In this document: positions 48,976-58,825 of the stretch, piece by piece | Layout of the letters: the number at the start of each line of letters is the position of its first letter | Position numbering within the stretch: position 1 is the stretch's first letter | From: Rothia sp. (in: high G+C Gram-positive bacteria) | GTDB lineage: Bacteria > Actinomycetota > Actinomycetes > Actinomycetales > Micrococcaceae | Reading direction: 5' to 3' (one strand) | DNA: 64,000 bases | Assembly: GCF_030529845.1 (NCBI RefSeq) | Contig: NZ_JAUMWB010000002.1 | The notes under the pieces: model-generated | What the model saw: the letters and a program-made list of their open reading frames with translations, nothing else | Databases searched by the model: none | What the model was told of the DNA's origin: nothing | Translations under genes and position numbers: made by a program

Positions 48976-50375
48976 CCCTGACCGGGGAAGAGCAGAGCCA
49001 GAGCCTCTCCCAGCGAGGCGACCTCGCGCACCGATACTCCGGCGGGCACATCCCCCACACCGGCAGGTGATGCGGGCACGATCACGTGGGTAAAGCCCAG
49101 GCGCCCGACCTCTGCGATCCGCTGGTGGATACCGGGCACCGCGCGCACCTCACCTGCCAGACCAACTTCGCCAAAGACCGCTAGCTTACGGGGTAGGGGC
49201 TTGTCTTGGGCGGCGGAGGCCAGGGCGATGACGCAGGCCAGGTCGGCGGATGGCTCAGAAATTTTTGCGCCCCCGACCGTTGAGATATAGCAGTCCAGTT
49301 TACCCACGTTGAACCCGGCCCGCTTCTGGAGCACAGCCAGCAGCATAGAGATACGGGAGCTGTCGAGCCCACTGGTGGTTCGGCGGGGCTGCGGGGTGGC
49401 ACTGGTGTCGAGCAGGGCCTGCACCTCAGCCAGCAGGGGGCGGCGGCCCTCCATGGTGACGGTGACGCAGGTACCCGAAACCGGGTGTGGGGTGCGGGAG
49501 ACAAAAAGCCCTGACGGGTCGGTGACAGGGGCGATGCCGTCCTCGTGCATATCAAAGCAGCCAACCTCGTCGGTGGGACCAAAGCGGTTCTTAATAGCCC
49601 GCAGCATGCGGATGGGGGTGTGTTTGTCACCCTCAAACTGGCAGACCACATCAACCAGGTGCTCCAGTAGGCGAGGGCCAGCGATAGTGCCTTCCTTGGT
49701 CACGTGACCCACCAGCAGGGTACACATATTGCGGCGCTTAGCGGCGGCGATGAGGGAGGCTGCGACTTCTCGAACCTGGGTGACGCCGCCGGCGCTCCCT
49801 TCGACTTCAGACGAGGCCAGGGTTTGCACCGAGTCCACGATCAGCAGGTCGGGATTGACCTGTTCAATATGGGCAAGGGCTGTGCCGAGGTCGGTTTCGC
49901 TGGTCAGATAGAGGGTATCGGCGAGAGCCTCGATACGGTCTGCACGGAGCTTGACCTGGGCAGCTGACTCTTCGCCGGTGACGTATAGAACGTTATGGGG
50001 CTTGCCCGTTGACTCACCGCGGGCAAACGTAGCGGCCACGTCAAGCAGCAGGGTGGACTTACCGACGCCGGGCTCACCGGCCATGAGAATCACTGCCCCG
50101 GGCACCAGGCCACCACCTAAGACACGGTCGAACTCCGGGTTGCAGGTGCTCATGTACTGAGCCACGGTGGAATCAACCCGGCCGATGGGCTGGGCGGGGG
50201 TCTGCACGCTCGATGCCACGGTGGTTTTAGCGGCAACCGGTCCGACGGCTTCTTCTACGGTGCCCCAGGACTGGCACTCCCCGCAACGCCCTACCCATTT
50301 AGCGGTGGTCCAGCCGCATTCGGTGCAGCGGTAGGTGTTAGCGGAGCGTGAGCGGGTTGTTTTACGGGTAGCCAT
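48972..50375 (-). CDS. radA: DNA repair protein RadA
   Basis: N-terminal zinc ribbon (CTECGW...CGECQSW), Walker A GEPGVGKST, KNRFG motif and a Lon-protease-like C-terminal domain. Confidence 0.93.
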   Translation of the reverse strand: MATRKTTRSRSANTYRCTECGWTTAKWVGRCGECQSWGTVEEAVGPVAAKTTVASSVQTPAQPIGRVDSTVAQYMSTCNPEFDRVLGGGLVPGAVILMAGEPGVGKSTLLLDVAATFARGESTGKPHNVLYVTGEESAAQVKLRADRIEALADTLYLTSETDLGTALAHIEQVNPDLLIVDSVQTLASSEVEGSAGGVTQVREVAASLIAAAKRRNMCTLLVGHVTKEGTIAGPRLLEHLVDVVCQFEGDKHTPIRMLRAIKNRFGPTDEVGCFDMHEDGIAPVTDPSGLFVSRTPHPVSGTCVTVTMEGRRPLLAEVQALLDTSATPQPRRTTSGLDSSRISMLLAVLQKRAGFNVGKLDCYISTVGGAKISEPSADLACVIALASAAQDKPLPRKLAVFGEVGLAGEVRAVPGIHQRIAEVGRLGFTHVIVPASPAGVGDVPAGVSVREVASLGEALALLFPGQG

Positions 50376-50437
50376 ACCACCAGCATAAGGCCGGTGGCTG
50401 ACACTTTAAGCACAGGCCTCAAGCCAGTAGCCAGAGA

Positions 50438-51505
50438 CTACATGAATCTCTCGAGGAGCGAACTTTCGGCCATGCGGGAGAGCGACTCTCGAATCACGCG
50501 GGCACGCTGCTCACCGATACCTTCAACAGCTCGCAGGTCATCGAGGCTAGCTGCCATCAGGGATTGCAAGCCATCAAAGCGGTCAACCAGGCGGTCGGCA
50601 ACAGCTCCCGGCATGGACTTGATACCGGCCAGCAGGCGATGGCCGTGGGGGTGCAGCGGGGCATCTAGCTCTTCGCCCAGCTTGGCTGTGCGAGCAATGG
50701 TCAGGGGGTCAACAATTTCCTTGTCATCAAGCTGGGCTAGGGCGTCTACAGCCGCCTGAAGTTCCTCAGGGGTTGTATCTGCTGGGAGGTAGTCGCGCAG
50801 TACAACCCAGGTGGCAGGCAAATCATGGGTGGTCAGCTCTTCCAGTTGTAGGGCGACTAGGCGCCCCACATTGCCCAGCTCCACCACGTAGTGGCCGGCC
50901 TCTACGGTAATTCGGCGCACCATCTCCATACGTTGCAGAGTGCTCGCTACATCGCGAAGGGTTACGTTGGCTTCAATTTCAAGGGACGAGAGCTGGTGCA
51001 GTACCTGCTCAAGGCGCTCTGTATAGCTATCGAGCGTGCGAATCGCCTGGTTGGCACGGCTCATGAGCGACTGGGTATCTTCCACCGTGTAACGGATACC
51101 CTCGGTGTAGACCGAAATCAGCGACATTGAGGCGCTCACAGCGATGACGGGGAAGCCGGTCTGCTTGGCTACACGTTCTGCGGTGCGGTGGCGGGTGCCC
51201 GATTCATTGGTCTCGATGGATGGGTCCGGCAGCAGCTGCACTCCAGCTGCCAGCAGGGTGGAGGCGTCCTTGTCACAGACGATGGCGCCGTCCATCTTGG
51301 CAAGTTCCCGAACGCGGGTGGCCGAGAACTCGGTGTTGATGGCAAAGCCACCCGAGGACATCTGCGCCACGGTCTTGTCGCTACCTAGCACAATCAGCGC
51401 ACCGGTACGGCCACGCAGGATGCGCTCTAGCCCCTCGCGTAGTTCGGTTCCGGGGGCAATCTGGGCAATTGTTTTCAGCAGGGATTCACTATAAACCGTT
51501 AGCAC
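50438..51505 (-). CDS. disA: DNA integrity scanning protein DisA (diadenylate cyclase)
   Basis: DAC domain (GALIVLG...DGAIV...GTRHRTA), linker and C-terminal HhH domain, located downstream of radA. The start is set at GTG 51505; the longer ORF adds an Arg/Pro-rich extension that is unlikely to be real. Confidence 0.88.
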   Translation of the reverse strand: MLTVYSESLLKTIAQIAPGTELREGLERILRGRTGALIVLGSDKTVAQMSSGGFAINTEFSATRVRELAKMDGAIVCDKDASTLLAAGVQLLPDPSIETNESGTRHRTAERVAKQTGFPVIAVSASMSLISVYTEGIRYTVEDTQSLMSRANQAIRTLDSYTERLEQVLHQLSSLEIEANVTLRDVASTLQRMEMVRRITVEAGHYVVELGNVGRLVALQLEELTTHDLPATWVVLRDYLPADTTPEELQAAVDALAQLDDKEIVDPLTIARTAKLGEELDAPLHPHGHRLLAGIKSMPGAVADRLVDRFDGLQSLMAASLDDLRAVEGIGEQRARVIRESLSRMAESSLLERFM

Positions 51506-51600
51506 TCCACTAATTTTAGTGCACGGGTTGGACCACAAACGGCACCGCCCCGGCAAGCGCAGGGCGGGCCGGGGCGGTGGGTGTCTGTGGGCTAGAGGTC

Positions 51601-52401
51601 TTAGCCGGTGACGATGATACGGACGGGCTGAGAAGCAACGCCGTTGACGGTTGCGGTTGCCCAGTAGTAGCCGGGTCGGATAGTGGAGGAGGTGTTGCAA
51701 CCTAGAACGTTGAGAGAGCGATTCCAGGTCAAAGCGGTGGTGTTGGTGGCACCGGCTGCAACCTCAGCATCTTCTACGGGGTTAGCGTAGCACTGAGCGT
51801 AGTTGTAGACCTGGGCGGGACCGGAGGTGATGTTGACATCTACGTTGTTAGCGCCGCCGGTGACGGTGCAGGGGTTACCGGAGGTGTTGGTGTAGGTAAC
51901 AGCCAGGGCGGGGTTCTGGCCCGCTGCGTAGCTGGTGCGGTCTGCGGTCAGGCTCACCTGTAGGTCGGCTACGGTGCAGGCTGCTACCACGGCTTCGGTG
52001 GGTGAGGCGGACGCTGTGGGTTCAGCTGATTCGGTAGCTTCAGCAGACTCAGTAGGCTCGGCTGATTCGGTAGCCTCTGCGCTTTCGCTAGCGGCAGCTG
52101 ATTCGCTGGCTTCGGCTGACGCTGATTCGCTGGCGCTTGCAGACTCGCTGGCTTCAGCGCTTTCTGAGGGGGTCGCTGACTCGGTGGCGCGCTGGCTAAA
52201 GTCGCTGAAAGCTTCGGCGCTAGTGGAGGTGCTTGCGGTTGCAGTTGCGTTATCGGAGCTATTACCGCGACCTGCTAACCAGCTGATGAGGCCGATAATG
52301 AGGAGCAGGACAAGGACCAGGATGAGGACGGCAACAATGCGGCGGCGGCGGTAGACCTCGGGTGAGACTTCTTCCACCTGTGAATCAACGTTTTCAGACA
52401 T
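51601..52401 (-). CDS. membrane-anchored secreted protein with acidic Ser/Ala/Glu/Thr repeat linker and Cys-containing C-terminal domain
   Basis: TM anchor (IVAVLILVLVLLLIIGLISWLA), about 60 aa of SESAEA/TESAEP repeats, then a beta-rich domain of about 130 aa with 4 Cys. Confidence 0.6.
   Translation of the reverse strand: MSENVDSQVEEVSPEVYRRRRIVAVLILVLVLLLIIGLISWLAGRGNSSDNATATASTSTSAEAFSDFSQRATESATPSESAEASESASASESASAEASESAAASESAEATESAEPTESAEATESAEPTASASPTEAVVAACTVADLQVSLTADRTSYAAGQNPALAVTYTNTSGNPCTVTGGANNVDVNITSGPAQVYNYAQCYANPVEDAEVAAGATNTTALTWNRSLNVLGCNTSSTIRPGYYWATATVNGVASQPVRIIVTG
51997..52185 (-). repeat. coding low-complexity tandem repeats (SESAEA / TESAEP units)
   Basis: Reiterated gctgattcggtagc / gattcgctggc units are visible in the DNA. 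They translate to SESAEASESASASESASAEASESAAASESAEATESAEPTESAEATESAEPT. Confidence 0.7.
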
Positions 52402-52487
52402 ACATCTAGAGTACCTTTTTCTATGCCACCTGCGGAACTTTTGGGCTGTGTTCGTCCTCCTGGTTACAGGTGTTTTAGAGTGTTGGA

Positions 52488-53453
52488 GTGTCTTTTACTT
52501 TGCCGCTGAGCCAGCTCACTCCCCAGGAACTTGAAAACCTGCACGCCGAGATTAACGGATGGTACGTGGAGCACCGCCGCGACCTGCCCTGGCGTACCGG
52601 GAGTAATACGCCCTGGGAGGTGATGGTCAGCGAGTTTATGCTGCAACAGACTCCGGTCAAGCGGGTCTTGCCGGTGTGGGAAACCTGGTTAGAGCGCTGG
52701 CCCTCCCCCGCTGATTTAGCGGCTGAGGATTCCGGTGAAGCTGTGCGTGCTTGGGGACGCCTGGGCTACCCCCGCCGGGCCCTGCGGCTGCATGCTGCGG
52801 CCCAGGCTATCGTTCAGCAGCACGGTGGCCAAGTACCCGGCAGCTACGAGGAGCTGCTGGCTTTACCCGGTGTAGGTTCATATACCGCTGCGGCTATATC
52901 TGTGTTTGCCTTTGGGGCGCGGGCCACGGTGATTGATACCAATATTCGCCGGGTCCATGCCCGCCTTATCTCGGGCAAGGCGCTGCCGTCTAAGGCACTC
53001 ACAGCAGCCGAAACCCGTTTAGCTGACGAGCTCATGCCCGCCGACCTGGCGGCGTCCTGCCTGTGGAATGTATCGGTCATGGAGCTAGGGGCTCTCATCT
53101 GCACAGCTAAAGCCCCGAGCTGCGAGCGCTGCCCGGTGATGGATTCCTGCGCCTGGGTTGCGGCAGGACGCCCCGAGGCCGATTATGTGCCTAGGAGCCA
53201 GGCCTGGGCGGGTACCGACCGTCAGCTGCGGGGTGCCATGATGGGTGTGCTGCGCGCTGCCCAGGAGCCGGTTCCGGTTGAGTTGCTGACCAGTGTGGGG
53301 CGGGCCGATATTGTCTTCCCTGAAGGCCTTGTTCCTGCTGTTACCAAGTTGCGGGCGCTGTCTCCCCCGCCGGAGCAGGTTGAGCGCTGTTTCTCGGGAC
53401 TCCTAGCGGACGGCCTCGCCCGGCAGATTGAGGGCGATAGGGTCAGCCTTTAG
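52488..53453 (+). CDS. mutY: A/G-specific adenine DNA glycosylase
   Basis: HhH-GPD domain (LPGVGSYTAAAI), Fe-S cluster loop CTAKAPSCERCPVMDSC and a NUDIX-like C-terminal domain. Confidence 0.88.
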   Translation: MSFTLPLSQLTPQELENLHAEINGWYVEHRRDLPWRTGSNTPWEVMVSEFMLQQTPVKRVLPVWETWLERWPSPADLAAEDSGEAVRAWGRLGYPRRALRLHAAAQAIVQQHGGQVPGSYEELLALPGVGSYTAAAISVFAFGARATVIDTNIRRVHARLISGKALPSKALTAAETRLADELMPADLAASCLWNVSVMELGALICTAKAPSCERCPVMDSCAWVAAGRPEADYVPRSQAWAGTDRQLRGAMMGVLRAAQEPVPVELLTSVGRADIVFPEGLVPAVTKLRALSPPPEQVERCFSGLLADGLARQIEGDRVSL

Positions 53454-53469
53454 CTGGTTCTTAAATTCA

Positions 53470-53754
53470 CTACGCCGCACTGCCCAAGAGAATCGCTGCG
53501 AAGGGAATAACCACTCCGGCGATGAAGGAGAAGAGGAAGTAGCCTCGCTTGAAGACCCCGTGCTGGCGGGGGTAACGCACCCCGTTAGCGTATGTGCCTG
53601 CGATGAGCAGAATAAGGGACAAGAGTTGGGCAGAGGGAACAAGGAGCACAAAAACCAGCACCGGGTACCAGGGCTGGGCAAAGAAGCCCGGTCGGTAGTT
53701 GAGGTAGACCTGACGGCCGGTGGTGTCGTAGTGGGTGTCTGTTCTCTTTAGCAT
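53470..53754 (-). CDS. small 2-TM membrane protein, cassette copy A (paralog of 54340..54669)
   Basis: 94 aa. Shares the G-x-YA-x-GVRYPR motif and helix layout with the other copy. Its ATG overlaps the last Cys codon and stop of the upstream gene. Confidence 0.55.
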   Translation of the reverse strand: MLKRTDTHYDTTGRQVYLNYRPGFFAQPWYPVLVFVLLVPSAQLLSLILLIAGTYANGVRYPRQHGVFKRGYFLFSFIAGVVIPFAAILLGSAA

Positions 53755-54314
53755 GTCAGCCTCGCTTCTGCGGTGCCCGCGCTGTCAATGGAAAAGTTCA
53801 CGCAACGGGTGTAGCCATAGCTGTTGAAGCTGGTGCGGTTGAACTCCCGCACCACCGATACCCGGGCTGCAGGCCCCTTTTCTTCCCATATCTCAGGCTC
53901 CCTGTCATAGACCGAATTATTGCCAAGCAGGGAGAAGCTGGATGAGGTGTAGGTGAGGTTGCTTAGGTAGGTGATGGCAGAGCCGTCGGTGCACCATCCC
54001 AGCGAGAAAACCGTGGTGGTCAGGTCAGATCCCAGCAGGTTTTCTTCTGTCACCGGGGTACTCGCCTGCCAGCACTGATGGTCTGCATAGAGAGCGGCTT
54101 CTTTTTCGGTGATCTTATCTCGGGTTGATCCCGTCACCAGGTTGCTGACGCTCCAGGAGCTCACCGATATAGGTAGGGCACCGTCATTATTCTGCATGTG
54201 GTCCCAGTTCTTCATTTGTTGGCTAGAGACAAGCCAACTCAGCGCAAGGGGCAGAATAACCAGCACCGCAGTACATACCCGCCCTAGCACGATGGTGTGA
54301 TGCCTCGTTTTCAC
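53748..54314 (-). CDS. membrane-anchored/secreted 4-Cys protein, cassette copy A (paralog of 54654..55211)
   Basis: 188 aa with an N-terminal TM/signal anchor. Shared motifs are QCWQA, WC, G(Y/F)xRCVxF and GTAExxLxC. Confidence 0.6.
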   Translation of the reverse strand: MKTRHHTIVLGRVCTAVLVILPLALSWLVSSQQMKNWDHMQNNDGALPISVSSWSVSNLVTGSTRDKITEKEAALYADHQCWQASTPVTEENLLGSDLTTTVFSLGWCTDGSAITYLSNLTYTSSSFSLLGNNSVYDREPEIWEEKGPAARVSVVREFNRTSFNSYGYTRCVNFSIDSAGTAEARLTC

Positions 54315-54339
54315 GGTTCTCCTCGCTTTCTCGCTGGGG

Positions 54340-54669
54340 CTAGGGGCGCCCGTCCGTCACGCTCTCCCCGGTCGCCAGGGTAAGCACCAGGTGTACCACG
54401 GGCAGGAGGGCCACAAGCACCACCGAAAGATAGAAGTAGGCCGGGTAAAAGACCTCATAGACCCTGGGGTAGCGCACCCCGTGGGCGTAAACGCCAGCTG
54501 CGAGCACCAGCCACAGAGCCAGGGGCTGGTTCACCAGCAAAAGCAGAATCAGGGCTAAAGGATAAACCCAGGTCGCGAAGAGGCCGGGGGCTGTCTGCAG
54601 AAATACCGGGCACCCGTCCTCCGCCAAAACCGTACCAGGTACCTGCTCAAGATCTAGTTGGGGACGCAT
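54340..54669 (-). CDS. small 2-TM membrane protein, cassette copy B
   Basis: 109 aa. GVYAHGVRYPR motif. Its start overlaps the upstream gene by 16 nt. Confidence 0.55.
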   Translation of the reverse strand: MRPQLDLEQVPGTVLAEDGCPVFLQTAPGLFATWVYPLALILLLLVNQPLALWLVLAAGVYAHGVRYPRVYEVFYPAYFYLSVVLVALLPVVHLVLTLATGESVTDGRP

Positions 54670-55211
54670 GAGAGCTCTCCTTCCGCAGTACCCTCAGCAT
54701 CAAGGGTAAAGGCCACGCACCGTTCAAAACCGTAGCTCGGCAGACCGCTACTGTTGTTCACCATGCGGCTCATAACCGTGCGGTATGACTCGAGGGAATC
54801 CAGCTCATAGGCCAGTGAATAATCGGGGTTAGCAGGCGGCTCTGAGCGCATATTGGGGCCCGCGTAGTCAACCGTGGTGGCGTCCTGCTGGTAGACGATG
54901 CCGCCGTCCTTCGCACACCAGATAACGGAGAATTTATGGGCTATAAGCTCCTTGCCCAGAATGTTGGTTTCAGCCACGCGGGTGAAAGCCTGCCAGCACT
55001 GGGCATCGGAATAGCCGGGGACCGCTGCCTTGCGGGTCACCGTAATGTGTTCAATAAGCTCACTGCTCGGTGAGCGCCCTAAAGTTGAAGTTCCCGCCAG
55101 GAAAAACGAGGCAGCAACGGCTAGCAAGAGGCTCAAGCCGAGTGCGGCGCCGGCAACGATGCCGGGTCGCTTTTTCTGACGGTATGTTCCCTGCAAATCC
55201 TGACGATTCAT
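54654..55211 (-). CDS. membrane-anchored/secreted 4-Cys protein, cassette copy B
   Basis: 185 aa with an N-terminal TM anchor and the same four conserved Cys contexts as copy A. Confidence 0.6.
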   Translation of the reverse strand: MNRQDLQGTYRQKKRPGIVAGAALGLSLLLAVAASFFLAGTSTLGRSPSSELIEHITVTRKAAVPGYSDAQCWQAFTRVAETNILGKELIAHKFSVIWCAKDGGIVYQQDATTVDYAGPNMRSEPPANPDYSLAYELDSLESYRTVMSRMVNNSSGLPSYGFERCVAFTLDAEGTAEGELSCVPN

Positions 55212-55300
55212 GGTTCACACCTTTCAGAAGTTGTGAACTAGATTACCCCAAAAGCTGGGCATATTCTAGACCTGTAGAGGGAAAATCTCCAGCATCTTCC

Positions 55301-55809
55301 CTAGATTTCCAAAATCATCCGGGTATTCCCCAGCGTATTAGGCTTTACCCGGGCAAGGTCAAGAAACTCCGCCACGCCCTCATCGTGTGACCGTAGCAGC
55401 TCCATAAAAGTCTTAGAATCAATCTGATCCTGGTTCTCCATCACCCTAAACCCCTGCCGTCTAAAGAAATCAACCTCAAAGGTCAGGCAGAAAACACTGG
55501 CTACACCGAGCTGCCTAGCCCGTTCTACCAGCGCAGCGACCAGGGCGTGCCCCACTCCCCGACCGCGTGCCGCGGGAGCTGCCGCCAGCGTCCTAATTTC
55601 AGCGATATTCTGCCACATCACGTGCAGGGCCCCGCAGCCAAGAACCTGCGCCCGGCGGCGTCCTCAACGACAAGAAACTCCTGGATAGCCTCATAGTAGG
55701 CCACAGCCTCTTTATCAAGCAGGATTCCTTTAAGGGCCAGGGGACGCACCAGGCCCTGAATAGCGGGCACATCGTGCACGGTGGCGGGGCGGACGGTCAC
55801 ATCAGTCAT
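55301..55809 (-). pseudogene. GNAT-family (ArgA-like amino-acid) N-acetyltransferase, frameshifted
   Basis: ORF 55618..55809 (MTDVTVRPATVHDVPAIQGLV...VVEDAAGR) and ORF 55301..55621 (...IAEIRTLAAAPAARGRGVGHALV...) are the two halves of one GNAT. The downstream frame already reads AQVLGCGALHVMW upstream of its ATG, so a 1-nt shift near 55645-55655 separates them. Confidence 0.7.
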
Positions 55810-56144
55810 TCCTCAAGGCTACTGCCCGGCCTGCTCGGGACCAAAGCCGCATGAGACGCAGAGGCCCTTAAACAATAAATCAGCCCCCGACCGCTAAGCG
55901 GTGCGAGAGCTGATTTACATCATTACACACACATACACACAAGAGTCTTCTTGTCCTAAAGCAGCCCCACACACCGGGGCTTTGAGTCTTCAGGGGCTCT
56001 GTCGAACCGTATGACTCAAGTATGGCAAGCCAGCCTTGAGCGCAAGCCTTAAAGAGCTGGGCACAAGCTGAAAACTTGGTCAAGCTTTGGTTACATTTAT
56101 CAAGAGCCATCACAGAAGCATCACGAACCTACCAGCGCAACACA

Positions 56145-56189
56145 AAGCCGCCTGCGGCGTCCTTGGTATCAGGACGCCACAGGCGGCTT
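56145..56189 (-). terminator. stem-loop downstream of clpC
   Basis: 19-bp stem aagccgcctgcggcgtcct / aggacgccacaggcggctt (one mismatch), 18 nt after the clpC stop. Confidence 0.6.
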
Positions 56190-56206
56190 ACACTTGCGCA
56201 GGCGGC

Positions 56207-58825
56207 TTAGCGTTCGTCGGCCTCGCGGGCCTCTTCAGCCTCGAAACGCTGCTCGGCGGTCTCGTTAGATACCTCAGCTTCGGGGATTGCGGGCAGCTCT
56301 TTCTCGTCCTCGCCAAAGGCCTTGTCAAAGGCCTCGGCGTCCAGCTCACCCAGGGGAGCTGACGAGAAGGTGAACTTAGCCAGGTCGCCCTCACCCTCAA
56401 CGTCCACGGTGATCTTCTCACCGGACTTGATCTCACCGAAGAGGATCTTCTCAGAGAGCGGGTCTTCCAGGTTGCGCTGCATCTCGCGGCGCAGCGGGCG
56501 GGCACCCATGGAGGGGTCATAGCCCTTAGCTGCCATGAGAGCCTTAGCCTTATCGGTTAGCTCGATGGACATATCCTGCTCGGCCAGGCGCTTGGCCAGG
56601 CGGGCCACGAAGAGGTCAACGATCTGCAGGATCTCAGACTCGGAGAGCTGGGGGAAGACGATGATGTCGTCCACACGGTTGAGGAACTCGGGGCGGAAGT
56701 GCTCCTTGAGGGACTCCATGACCCGGCCCTGCATACGCTCGTAGGAGCCCTGGTCGTCGCCTACCTGCTGGAAGCCAACGGGTACACGGCGGGCCATCTC
56801 ACGGGAGCCCAGGTTGGTGGTCATGATGATGACGGTGTTCTTGAAGTCCACAACACGACCCTGGGAGTCGGTCAGACGGCCGTCTTCCAGAATCTGTAGC
56901 AGGGAGTTGAAGAGGTCGGCGTGAGCCTTCTCAACCTCGTCAAAGAGCACAACGGAGAAGGGCTTGCGGCGGACCTTCTCGGTCAGCTGGCCACCCTCTT
57001 CGTAGCCGACGTAGCCGGGAGGGGCACCGAAGAGGCGGGAAACGGTGTGCTTCTCCTGGTACTCCGACATATCCAAGGTGATGAGGGCGTCCTCATCCCC
57101 AAAGAGGAACTCAGCCAGAGCCTTAGCCAGCTCGGTCTTACCGACACCGGTGGGGCCGGCGAAGATGAAGGAGCCGCCGGGGCGCTTGGGGTCCTTGAGG
57201 CCAGCACGGGTACGGCGAATTGAACGGGAGAGAGCCTTGATCGCGTTCTCCTGGCCGATGACGCGCTTGTGCAGCTCCTCTTCCATCTTGAGCAGACGGC
57301 CGGATTCCTCCTCGGTAATCTTGTAGACCGGAACACCGGTGGAGAAGGCCAGGACATCGGCGATAACCTCGGGGGTTACCTCACCGAAAGCATCGCCGGC
57401 ATTACGCCACTGCTGCTCGGCTTCTTCCTTCTCAGCAGCCAGCTTCTGCTCCTTGTCGCGCAGGTCAGCTGCTTTCTCGAACTCGTTAGCCGCGATGGCC
57501 TCTTCCTTCTCGCCCTTGAGCTTGGCGATGCGCTCTTCAAGTACCTTGATTTCCGGCGGGGCAGTCATGCGCTTAATGCGCAGGCGAGCACCGGCCTCAT
57601 CAATCAGGTCAACGGCCTTATCGGGCAGGAAGCGGTCAGAGATGTAGCGGTGGGCCAGGTTAACAGCGGTTTCCAGAGCTTCATCTGAGATGGTGACGCG
57701 GTGGTGAGCTTCGTACTTATCGCGCAGACCCTTGAGAATCTCAACGGCCAGCTCGGGGCTGGGTTCGTCCACCTGAATGGGCTGGAAGCGGCGTTCCAGG
57801 GCAGGGTCCTTCTCGATGTGCTTGCGGTACTCGTCGAGGGTGGTTGCACCGATGGTCTGCAGCTCACCGCGGGCCAGCATGGGCTTAAGAATTGAAGCTG
57901 CGTCGATTGCACCTTCGGCAGCACCTGCACCAACCAGGGTGTGAATTTCGTCGATGAAGAGGATGATGTCACCGCGATTGCGGATTTCCTTCAGAACCTT
58001 CTTCATACGCTCTTCAAAGTCACCGCGGTAGCGGGAACCGGCCACCATGGAACCGAGATCCAGGGTGTAGAGGTGCTTATCCTTGAGAGTTTCAGGTACG
58101 TCTCCGTGCACAATTGCCTGAGCCAGGCCCTCAGCCACAGCGGTCTTACCCACGCCGGGCTCACCAATCAGCACGGGGTTGTTCTTGGTACGGCGAGAGA
58201 GCACCTGCATAACGCGCTCCATCTCCTTGTGACGGCCAATCACGGGGTCAAGCTTGCCCTCGCGCGCCGCAGCCGTAAGGTTGCGTCCGAACTGGTCAAG
58301 AATGGCAGAGCCAGCCGGGGTTCCCTCGCGGGAGTTACCCGCACCAACACCGGCGGTCTCCTTGCCGCCCTCGCCATTGTTGTTACCGGGGTAGCCAGAA
58401 ATCAGATCCATCACGGTCTGGCGGACCTTAGCGGGCTCAGCACCCAGCTTGGTCAAAATCTGGTTGCCCACACCCTCATTAGCGCGCACCATACCCAGCA
58501 GAATGTGCTCGGTACCGATGTAGCCGTGATTCAGCTGAATGGCCTCGCGCATGGAGAGCTCAAGCACCTTCTTGGCGCGCGGGGTAAAAGGAATATGGCC
58601 GCTGGAAGCCTGGGGACCGGAACCGATGATGTCCTGCACCTGGTCGCGCACGGCAGTGAGATTAATACCGAGCGACTCAAGAGCACGAGCCGCAATACCT
58701 TCACCCTCGTGAATCAGACCGAGCAGAATGTGTTCGGTGCCGATGTAGTTGTGGTTCAGCATGCGTGCTTCTTCTTGGGCAAGCACGATGACGCGGCGGG
58801 CGCGGTCGGTAAACCGTTCAAACAT
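56207..58825 (-). CDS. clpC: ATP-dependent Clp protease ATP-binding subunit ClpC
   Basis: 872 aa. Double Clp_N repeat, two AAA+ modules (GEPGVGKT and GPTGVGKT) and a UVR-like linker. Synteny with lsr2-lysS. Confidence 0.95.
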   Translation of the reverse strand: MFERFTDRARRVIVLAQEEARMLNHNYIGTEHILLGLIHEGEGIAARALESLGINLTAVRDQVQDIIGSGPQASSGHIPFTPRAKKVLELSMREAIQLNHGYIGTEHILLGMVRANEGVGNQILTKLGAEPAKVRQTVMDLISGYPGNNNGEGGKETAGVGAGNSREGTPAGSAILDQFGRNLTAAAREGKLDPVIGRHKEMERVMQVLSRRTKNNPVLIGEPGVGKTAVAEGLAQAIVHGDVPETLKDKHLYTLDLGSMVAGSRYRGDFEERMKKVLKEIRNRGDIILFIDEIHTLVGAGAAEGAIDAASILKPMLARGELQTIGATTLDEYRKHIEKDPALERRFQPIQVDEPSPELAVEILKGLRDKYEAHHRVTISDEALETAVNLAHRYISDRFLPDKAVDLIDEAGARLRIKRMTAPPEIKVLEERIAKLKGEKEEAIAANEFEKAADLRDKEQKLAAEKEEAEQQWRNAGDAFGEVTPEVIADVLAFSTGVPVYKITEEESGRLLKMEEELHKRVIGQENAIKALSRSIRRTRAGLKDPKRPGGSFIFAGPTGVGKTELAKALAEFLFGDEDALITLDMSEYQEKHTVSRLFGAPPGYVGYEEGGQLTEKVRRKPFSVVLFDEVEKAHADLFNSLLQILEDGRLTDSQGRVVDFKNTVIIMTTNLGSREMARRVPVGFQQVGDDQGSYERMQGRVMESLKEHFRPEFLNRVDDIIVFPQLSESEILQIVDLFVARLAKRLAEQDMSIELTDKAKALMAAKGYDPSMGARPLRREMQRNLEDPLSEKILFGEIKSGEKITVDVEGEGDLAKFTFSSAPLGELDAEAFDKAFGEDEKELPAIPEAEVSNETAEQRFEAEEAREADER

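Noticed and set aside
51506-51700. 65-aa Arg/Pro/His-rich N-terminal extension of disA
   Set aside because: The composition is atypical and DisA proteins are about 355-360 aa. GTG 51505 gives the expected length, and the extension would reach the end of the neighbouring gene.
51997-52185. Reiterated short DNA units that might suggest a CRISPR-like or VNTR array
   Set aside because: They are in frame inside a coding region and translate to Ser/Glu/Ala repeats. There is no repeat-spacer organisation, and no cas genes occur anywhere in the window.
55921-55945. Short (CA)n-like tract cattacacacacatacacacaag in the intergenic region downstream of clpC and upstream of the GNAT pseudogene
   Set aside because: It is too short and too interrupted to call a phase-variable microsatellite, and no adjacent promoter or ORF would be affected.
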